A DNA stretch of 64,000 bases from Patescibacteria group bacterium (lineage in GTDB: Bacteria; Patescibacteriota; Minisyncoccia; Phycocordibacterales; JBBTRF01). The notes below the pieces were generated by a model, which was not told the origin of the DNA, did no database searches, and was given only the letters and a program-made list of their open reading frames with translations. Below, piece by piece: positions 57,144 through 64,000 of the stretch (positions are counted from its first letter, which is position 1; each line of letters begins with the position of its first letter). A program made the position numbers and the translations under genes. The stretch spans positions 97,642 to 161,641 of the forward strand of contig JBBTRF010000001.1 of assembly GCA_038065315.1 (NCBI GenBank). The letters run 5' to 3'.

Positions 57144-58889
57144 TTACGCCACGATCACCTGCCCCTCCTTCTCCACGAGATTTTTGTATTCAGGACAAGA
57201 GACAATGAGCTCTGCATGAGTGCCCATGCCGGCGACTCGACCCTTCTCCATTACGATGATCTTGTCCGCATGGCGGATGGTAGAAAGGCGGTGTGCAATA
57301 ATGATGCCGGTGCGCCCTTTCATGGCGTCGCGCATTGCCTGCTGGATGTGGGCGTCGTTGATGGTGTCGAGGCTGTTGGTCGCTTCGTCCAGGATGAGCA
57401 GGCTCGGATCTTTGAGCAATGCCCGGGCGATGGCCACACGCTGCCGCTCGCCACCGGAGAGCTTCACGCCGTTTTCGCCGATCTTGGTATCGAAGCCTTC
57501 GGGGAGACGGTCGAAGAATGAGCTGATCTTCGACAGCTCGGCGATCTCTTTGAGCCGCGCTTCAGTGACCTTGCTCTGATCCTTGATCCCGAAGAGCAGG
57601 TTGTATCGAAGCGTGTCATCCCAGAGGCGCACCTGTTGTTCGACGTATCCGATCGAGGAACGGAACGAACCCAAATCCACTTGTTTCAAGTCGACGCCGT
57701 CGATATCGATCTCGCCGGAGACTGGGTCAAAACCGCGCAACAGCAGGTTCACGATAGTGGACTTCCCCGCTCCCGAATGTCCAACGATGGCCGCCACTTC
57801 GCCTGGCGCGATCGAAAAAGACACATTGTGGAGTGCATCCACCTCGGTCTTTGCTTCCGGATACGCAAAGGAGACGTTTCTGAAGGTCACCGCACCCTTC
57901 AGTGGATTGAACATGATGCCATTCTCAGGCGAAACGATACTTGGCTTTAGGTCGATGATTTCGAAGTAGCGGAGCGCATCTACCGACACCACGATGAGTC
58001 GACGGGAGAGGCGGGCCAATTGGTCGGATTGATTAAACACCATACGAGCCCAAGCGATGGTGGCCATGAGGGCACCCGCCGTGAGCGATCCCTGCAGTAC
58101 GAGGTATGCACCAGTGGCGATGACGGCAAGGTTGCCTACCCGGCTACTCACGTCTCTGAATAGTCCGATGGTCATGTGATATTTCAACCACATTTTTTCG
58201 CCGAAGGCCGTGGCTTTGTGGTATTCCGTGGCCAATCGCGAAATGGTTTCGGTCTCTTGTCCGGAGAGCATCACGAGAGGTAATGATCGCAACACTTCCG
58301 AATACTGCTGGCCGACCACGTCGTCGATCTTGCGATATTCACGGATGGTCCGAGCCATTTTGATGTTTGCCGGTATGGAGATTGACAATGAGATGAGTAC
58401 GGTGACACCCACGATCGCACCCAGGAGATGATTGCTGACGAAGAGAAAACCGAAGGCAAAAACGATCGTCGCGATGCCTGGCAGAATATCGTACATGGAT
58501 ATTTGGGCCATCTGAGCGGATGCATTGGCTCCCTGGGTCGCCACCTTTTGTCGGAAGCCAGAGTTTTGGCCGGTGATCTGACCAAGGGAGAGCGACGATG
58601 CCTTTTTCACCGTATTCATGTCGATGGTCTTGTTGATGCGGAAGATGAATTTCTGGTTCTCCACGTTGGTGTGGATGAAGTCAATGATCAGGTCGCCCAA
58701 CATCATGAAACCGATGATGGTCACGAGGCGCCAAATGTCGCTCGCTATCGGGTGATAGAAAGCGTCGACAAGCTTGCCCCAATAATATGGCTGGACGAGC
58801 TCGAAGGCTTTTCTCGCGAAGACAAGAACAATGAGCACCCCGAAGGTGCTCCAAAACGGCCGCAGCAACATCAATAATTTTTTGAACAT
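57144..58889 (-). CDS. ABC exporter, fused permease and ATPase (MsbA-like)
   Basis: GHSGAGKST, LSGGERQR, ILDEAT. Confidence 0.93.
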   Translation of the reverse strand: MFKKLLMLLRPFWSTFGVLIVLVFARKAFELVQPYYWGKLVDAFYHPIASDIWRLVTIIGFMMLGDLIIDFIHTNVENQKFIFRINKTIDMNTVKKASSLSLGQITGQNSGFRQKVATQGANASAQMAQISMYDILPGIATIVFAFGFLFVSNHLLGAIVGVTVLISLSISIPANIKMARTIREYRKIDDVVGQQYSEVLRSLPLVMLSGQETETISRLATEYHKATAFGEKMWLKYHMTIGLFRDVSSRVGNLAVIATGAYLVLQGSLTAGALMATIAWARMVFNQSDQLARLSRRLIVVSVDALRYFEIIDLKPSIVSPENGIMFNPLKGAVTFRNVSFAYPEAKTEVDALHNVSFSIAPGEVAAIVGHSGAGKSTIVNLLLRGFDPVSGEIDIDGVDLKQVDLGSFRSSIGYVEQQVRLWDDTLRYNLLFGIKDQSKVTEARLKEIAELSKISSFFDRLPEGFDTKIGENGVKLSGGERQRVAIARALLKDPSLLILDEATNSLDTINDAHIQQAMRDAMKGRTGIIIAHRLSTIRHADKIIVMEKGRVAGMGTHAELIVSCPEYKNLVEKEGQVIVA

Positions 58890-59035
58890 CTAGCCAGTGT
58901 AACAGAGTGTCAACATACTTGTCTACACCTTTTGCAATATGTCAAACATTCGGCGCGTTGTCACCGTTGTTTCTAAAGGCGGATGTGCTATAATTGACTC
59001 ATGAACAAAGAGGGCCGATGCCCTCTTTCTCGTTT

Positions 59036-59399
59036 TTATTCATCGCTACCTTTCACTTTCCCCCTACTCAACTTTGCGCCTTCAATCGCTTTTAACGCCA
59101 CCTCATCAAAATCAACATCCTGTTTTGCCGCCACTTGTTTATGTTCCTCAAACTTTTTCTCTGCGATTTCTTTCATCAGCACCAGTTCGTCGGAATTCCC
59201 GACATACTGAATTTTCCTCCAATTCACCTTCTTGGAAGACATTTTTGATATGTTCGGTTACTGTTGAGCGACCTTTGTCGTAGAGGGTTGCGATAGTGTC
59301 TTGTGTCAGCCATACCGTGTTGCCATCAAAGCGAACATCTATCTTGATGTTTCCATTTTTATCTTTGTAGATGACGATTTGGGAATTGGGTGTTTGCAT
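59036..59399 (-). pseudogene. Internally deleted, frameshifted RhuM-family gene
   Basis: N-terminus SQIVIY...TVWLTQ...EHIKNVFQEGELEENSVCREFRRTGAD, joined out of frame to a C-terminus-like KEIAEKKFEE...DFDE. Confidence 0.75.
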
Positions 59400-59475
59400 G
59401 GGTTTTAATCAACCAGCCCCGCGGCTTGCCGCAGAGAAATGCTATGCGCACTGCTACCTTTCTGCCCCAGACATT

Positions 59476-60456
59476 TTAAATCAACAGCCCCGTCTTCTTC
59501 CGCACTTCCGTCATCTTCGCTTCGGAGCGAGCGCGGGCTTTTTTGCCGCCTTCGGCGAGGATTTTCAGGACACGGGTGCGATCTTTAGCGAGTTCGGCAC
59601 GTCGCTCGCGCAAAGGGGTCACAAAAGCGATGAGGTCCGCCAACAACGCCTCTTTCAAGTCCTTGTACTTCCCTGCTTTTTCGGTGTAAAGCGCGTCGAG
59701 ATACGCTTTGTCGCGGAACAGCTCGTGGATCGCGCGGACATTCGCCGGCACGCCGCCGGAAGAATCGGTGACGATCGACATCACCAGCTTGCGAAGCTCA
59801 TCATCGGTCGAGAAGAGTGGGATGTGGTTGTTGTAGCTCTTGCTCATCTTCTGGCCGTCGATACCAGGCACGGTCTTCACGGAGTCGAGAATGAGCGGCT
59901 CAGGCAACTTGAAAGTATCGCCGAAGATACGGTTGAATTTCTCCGCGGTGTCGCGGGCGTATTCCACGTGTTGCTTCTGATCCTGTCCCACCGGCACCAC
60001 GGCAGCGTCTTGAATGAGGATATCTGCGGCCATGAGGATTGGATAGTCAAAAAGGCCGACGTTGATCTCCTTGTTCTTCGCCTCTGCATCCTTGAAAGCG
60101 TGCGCGCGCATCAGATACGGCATGGTGGTGAGACAGTTGAAGATCCAGCCGAGCTCGGTCACCTGTGGTGTGTCGGACTGTTTGAACAAGGTCACCTTCT
60201 TCGGATCCAGGCCGATGGCGAGGTAGTCGAGGACGAGGTCGTAGGTGGCTTGGGAGAGCTCCGCAGCATTTTGGACGCTCGTGAGAGCGTGAAAGTCGGC
60301 AATGAAAATGTACGACTCATGACTATCCTGCAACTCGACGTACTGCTTCATCGCACCAAAATAGTTGCCGATGTGCGGGCGGCCGGTAGGCTTGATGCCG
60401 GAGAGGAGGATCTTCCGGTCAGTGTTGCCTGCGTTTCTTGTGTGAAATTGGAACAT
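59476..60456 (-). CDS. trpS: Tryptophan--tRNA ligase
   Basis: HIGNYFG, YPILMAADIL, VGQDQKQH, KMSKS. Confidence 0.97.
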   Translation of the reverse strand: MFQFHTRNAGNTDRKILLSGIKPTGRPHIGNYFGAMKQYVELQDSHESYIFIADFHALTSVQNAAELSQATYDLVLDYLAIGLDPKKVTLFKQSDTPQVTELGWIFNCLTTMPYLMRAHAFKDAEAKNKEINVGLFDYPILMAADILIQDAAVVPVGQDQKQHVEYARDTAEKFNRIFGDTFKLPEPLILDSVKTVPGIDGQKMSKSYNNHIPLFSTDDELRKLVMSIVTDSSGGVPANVRAIHELFRDKAYLDALYTEKAGKYKDLKEALLADLIAFVTPLRERRAELAKDRTRVLKILAEGGKKARARSEAKMTEVRKKTGLLI

Positions 60457-60480
60457 ATCTGTATCAGTATATATGATGAG

Positions 60481-61500
60481 CTAGTATGCAGCCAAGACCT
60501 GCAGTAATTCCTTCGAGAGATTTGCAAATTCTTCCTTGGATTTCTCGATATTTTGCTTCGTCCCTTCCTGTCGATCCTCGATGAGGGCTGGATCAAGATC
60601 AAAGATCGCCACTCCGAGCTCCTGGCATTTTGCGGGAATTCTTCCGTAATCCTGTATTACGGCTAGCGGATCTTTCCAGCTTTTTTCCACCAGACCATTC
60701 CTCCCGTGCTTTTCTGAGAGAAAAAATTTGACCTTCTTGGGTATTTCCTCAATCCAGTGACGGTGGTCTTTGATCGGCTGCTTTCCATATACATTATACG
60801 AATTCACGATATACCCCACAAAAAGACCGTCGCCAGAGAGAACGAACTTGCCCTCTGTGTTACCCGACAAAGCTTTGCCTGTCACTTTCCAATTCTGCTT
60901 CCATTTCTCATACACTGTCCCGAGATTTTCTATTCCTTGGACACTAAAAGCGTCGGGCATCATGGGTACAACAAAATAGTCACCGCCTAGGAAGATGACT
61001 TGATTGAGAAGTGAGAGGCTCGGAGAAGTATCAATAACAAAGATGTCGATTTCGTCACTCAAACCTCGTGCTCGCAGAAAACGATCGATCGCGCTTGTCA
61101 CGAAGTAGCCATTTTGCTGGCCAGAAGCTGCCTGACCATAAGCTGAGACAAGAAGGTTCTCGTACAGCGACAAATTTACACTCCCCTTCAGAAGAAACAG
61201 ATTGTGGTTGCTATTTGAAACAGGAATCATCGGTACTGATATATCGATATCAGCACCTCCTTCCACGACCCCTTTTAGAACGGTGTAGATATCTTTGAAA
61301 GTCGATGAGAACAGCGTGTCAGTATAGTGATTGTCGCCCAGAGCAAGTCGGGAAAGATTGCACTGCGGATCAAGGTCAATAAGAGCCGTTTTGTAGCCTG
61401 CTTTGGCAAAGGACATCGCGCAATTGAAAGCAAGGGTTGTCTTGCCCACACCCCCTTTGTTGTTGGCAAAGAGCAGCTTTTTGGTACGAGGAAACTTCAT
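60481..61500 (-). CDS. Solo ParA/MinD-family ATPase
   Basis: NNKGGVGKTT, IDLDPQCNL, IDTSPS. Confidence 0.9.
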   Translation of the reverse strand: MKFPRTKKLLFANNKGGVGKTTLAFNCAMSFAKAGYKTALIDLDPQCNLSRLALGDNHYTDTLFSSTFKDIYTVLKGVVEGGADIDISVPMIPVSNSNHNLFLLKGSVNLSLYENLLVSAYGQAASGQQNGYFVTSAIDRFLRARGLSDEIDIFVIDTSPSLSLLNQVIFLGGDYFVVPMMPDAFSVQGIENLGTVYEKWKQNWKVTGKALSGNTEGKFVLSGDGLFVGYIVNSYNVYGKQPIKDHRHWIEEIPKKVKFFLSEKHGRNGLVEKSWKDPLAVIQDYGRIPAKCQELGVAIFDLDPALIEDRQEGTKQNIEKSKEEFANLSKELLQVLAAY

Positions 61501-61537
61501 GGGAATAAGTATACCAAAAAGACGCGCGGAGCGGAAA

Positions 61538-63127
61538 CTAGCTCTTCTCAAACGCCTCGACCTCAATATGGAACGTCGAACCCTTGTGCTCACCTGGCGA
61601 CTCTACGCAGACCTTGCCGCCTTCGTGGCCTTCCACCATTTGCTTCACGACATAGAGACCGAGGCCGGTACCGCCCACATTAGTGGTGATGGCGTCCTTG
61701 GAGCGGCTGAATTTCTGGAACAATTTCGGGATATTTTCGGCGGAAATACCCATACCTGTGTCTTTGACCGCTAAGTCGATCTTGCCACCGCTACGGGCCA
61801 AATTGACGCTTATAGAGCCTTTTGGTGTGTATTTTACGGCGTTATCCACGAGATTGGTCACCGCCTGCTTGATCTTGCCGGCGTCGATGCGGGCATCATA
61901 ATTGGCCTTTTTGTCGAAAGTGAGCGAAATGGTCAAACCCTTCTTCTCCACGGTCGGTTTGAGCTCATCCACCACCTGGGTCGCCAGCGCGCTGAGGTCG
62001 GTGACGGTGAGATCATACTTCATTCGACCTTGTTCGATGCGCGAGATATTCAAAAAGTCGTCCACCATGATGGCCATACTCTTGCTCGATTCGAAGATCA
62101 CTTCAACTGCACTCCTTAGCTCAGGCGACACCTTGCCAAAGTTTTCTTCCATGATGAGCGAAGCGTACCCCTTAATTGCCGTGATCGGCGCGCGAATCTG
62201 GTGCGACGCAATCGACAAAAATTCCGACTTCAGACCATCGAGCTCCTTCAGGCGGTCATTCGCCTTTGCCAAATCTTTCGCCAAGCTTTCGATGCGCTCG
62301 CGAGTGGCGACTTCCTTGTACATATCTTTGACAAGCAAAATACTGAAAGAGAGGACGAGGCCAAATAGTAGAAACTTAATGATCCAGTCACTTAGTCCAC
62401 TGGGCTGAAGAAGGTTGAAAAGAAAGACGAGAACAAGCGCACCGGAAAAGAGCTGGGCTGAGATAATCTTTGCGCTCATTAGTTTGTACTTTAAGACCCC
62501 GTAACTCATGAAAAGCGTGTAGAGCAACACGAAGTAATTACCGAAAGGATACACATTAAATAGTTGTGGGAAAAAGTTGGTAATCCCTCCACCAAAACCG
62601 ATCATGCCGGCAATCAGAGTGTTGCGTATCTGTGCCCTAAACAAGTGATCATTGCTTCGTCGATAAGATCGTATGAGGACAAAAAGTGCCAGGACGGTAT
62701 ACATGCTGAAGAAAATAGGAAAGACATCGTAGTATTGTCCGGGGTTTATCCAGAATGTTCCATATCTTGATATCACCCCCGTCTTAAAAAGTGGACTAAA
62801 GCTAAAGATGGCAAGACAAGTTGCTAAGCCCCAAGAAATCTGACGCATCCGCCTATTTTTTTCTCCCGTAAGTATCGAGATGAAGTTGAAATACAGAACA
62901 GGAATAAAAATTGCGGAGACATCGAGAAGATACTGCCACCGAAATGCAACGTTTTCAGTGAGACTCGAAGTGACACCATAGAGGGAGAGGCCCCACAAAG
63001 CGATAGCGATAGAGGCAATGAGCCATGCCTGGTTTACTCGGGATTTGGTATTTCCTGAATACAGAGATAGAGCAAGACCTATACTGCTGAAGAAAATCAT
63101 TAAACTGGTAATTCCAAAGAGGTTCAT
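61538..63127 (-). CDS. Sensor histidine kinase with multi-TM (HisKA_7TM-like) N-terminus
   Basis: SHQIRAP, NLVDNAVKY, DTGMG, GTGLGL; start uncertain (63127 or 63169). Confidence 0.9.
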   Translation of the reverse strand: MNLFGITSLMIFFSSIGLALSLYSGNTKSRVNQAWLIASIAIALWGLSLYGVTSSLTENVAFRWQYLLDVSAIFIPVLYFNFISILTGEKNRRMRQISWGLATCLAIFSFSPLFKTGVISRYGTFWINPGQYYDVFPIFFSMYTVLALFVLIRSYRRSNDHLFRAQIRNTLIAGMIGFGGGITNFFPQLFNVYPFGNYFVLLYTLFMSYGVLKYKLMSAKIISAQLFSGALVLVFLFNLLQPSGLSDWIIKFLLFGLVLSFSILLVKDMYKEVATRERIESLAKDLAKANDRLKELDGLKSEFLSIASHQIRAPITAIKGYASLIMEENFGKVSPELRSAVEVIFESSKSMAIMVDDFLNISRIEQGRMKYDLTVTDLSALATQVVDELKPTVEKKGLTISLTFDKKANYDARIDAGKIKQAVTNLVDNAVKYTPKGSISVNLARSGGKIDLAVKDTGMGISAENIPKLFQKFSRSKDAITTNVGGTGLGLYVVKQMVEGHEGGKVCVESPGEHKGSTFHIEVEAFEKS

Positions 63128-63138
63128 ACGAAGAAGAG

Positions 63139-63810
63139 TTAATGTTTCTTGAATTGTAACACCTCCCAACCCTCCCTCAAAGCCAGTGAGCGCATTTTTT
63201 TCTTTGGATTTACCACAAAACGAAAGTCCGCAAAGTCTAGCAGGTCCGTATCTGTGAGGTGGTCGGCATACGCCACAACTTTTTTATTAAGGAGGTTGTT
63301 TACCGCAAGATATTTCTGTGCCGCTTGTAATTTATTTTTTCCGTACAATGGCTCATCGGCAAAATTGCCGGTATAGGCAAAATTTCGTGTCTCTAGGCGG
63401 CTTCCCAAAGCATCGTGCACACCTATTTCCTCGGCAATGATTGCAACGAGTGGCTCGATAGCGCTTGAAAGAAGCACCACCGAATCATTATTCTGTAAAT
63501 GCTGGCGAATTTTTTCAAGTGCTCCCTCGTATATCCGATCTTTTAAGTTAGCATCGAAAAAAATCTTGAGTTCACTCTGAAACGTGGCGATCGGCCAATT
63601 TTTTAGAAAAGAAACTGCCACCATGCGGATCTTTTCAGTACTTTTCACCAACCCAAGCCCATAAAGAAAGAACCATGCACAGATTTTTAGAAAGAACGAT
63701 AGTGGGATTTTATTCTTGAGAAAAAGAAAATGGAGTAAGGCTTGCTGGCTCTGCCCCTTCAATAACGTCTCGTCAACGTCAAAAAAAACAACTTTTGGTT
63801 CATTAGTCAT
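63139..63810 (-). CDS. HAD-IB family phosphatase
   Basis: FFDVDETL, LLSSA, K, YADHLTD. Confidence 0.9.
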   Translation of the reverse strand: MTNEPKVVFFDVDETLLKGQSQQALLHFLFLKNKIPLSFFLKICAWFFLYGLGLVKSTEKIRMVAVSFLKNWPIATFQSELKIFFDANLKDRIYEGALEKIRQHLQNNDSVVLLSSAIEPLVAIIAEEIGVHDALGSRLETRNFAYTGNFADEPLYGKNKLQAAQKYLAVNNLLNKKVVAYADHLTDTDLLDFADFRFVVNPKKKMRSLALREGWEVLQFKKH

Positions 63811-64000
63811 TGTGTTGTAAATGCCGATATTTTTTTGTGGACAACTCGGCTATCTCTAACATGATCTGATTTGTTAGAACTCTAAATGCCCTTCGACCAA
63901 GCTTGGTGTGAGAGTAGTTCTCAAAGGAAATTGGTTTTCCTACGTGCATTTCAACTGTCTTGCAAAATTTAGGAAAGGTATCTTTTCTCGACATGACTTC
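63803..64000 (-). CDS. Probable PlsC-type acyltransferase, C-terminal part (truncated by window edge)
   Basis: VEMHVGKPISF...LTNQIMLEIAELS resembles a 1-acylglycerol-3-phosphate acyltransferase C-terminus. Confidence 0.55.
   Translation of the reverse strand, partial: EVMSRKDTFPKFCKTVEMHVGKPISFENYSHTKLGRRAFRVLTNQIMLEIAELSTKKYRHLQHND

Noticed and set aside
59001-59210. 69-aa + strand ORF after a good -10 box
   Set aside because: A terminator hairpin follows within 10 codons and the rest is antisense to the rhuM remnant; more likely a deleted-gene scar
1-64000. CRISPR array, rRNA, reverse transcriptase or transposase
   Set aside because: No regularly spaced repeat-spacer array, rRNA signature, RT motif or transposase ORF was seen

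Overview
Core-chromosome window of a small-genome bacterium, most likely Patescibacteria/CPR (Parcubacteria-like; inferred from gene content, shortened aaRSs, the type IV minor-pilin cluster and fragmented dcw genes). Housekeeping genes: frr (partial), rseP, proS, mreB/mreC/mreD-like/PBP2, greA, lysS, mraZ-rsmH-ftsL-like-ftsI-murF, tRNA-Glu(CTC), rmuC, rplU, recR, intein-containing dnaB, cysS, corA-family, ctpA, rplI, rpmA, gltX, murG, ftsW, scpAB, aspS and trpS. Single-gene accessory cassettes are interspersed: two hicB-hicA pairs, a NYN nuclease, a RelE/BECR-like orphan, an ORF6N protein, a HaeII-like RM pair, a rhuM remnant, a solo ParA and several orphans. The most notable signals are in non-coding or sub-gene structure. 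(1) Two unrelated predicted RNase genes each face a promoter-driven, structured, terminated small RNA. (2) The ORF6N gene contains a perfect 35-bp palindrome, and a covarying second copy just past its stop encodes a variant of the same peptide; a similar coding palindrome sits beside the rhuM deletion breakpoint. (3) A DGR-target-like protein has no RT or template repeat in the window. (4) An unassigned ~210-nt structured ncRNA. (5) A tRNA-3'-duplicating structured element. (6) Pervasive leaderless-type promoters. All calls come from reading the sequence by eye; no searches or folding programs were run.
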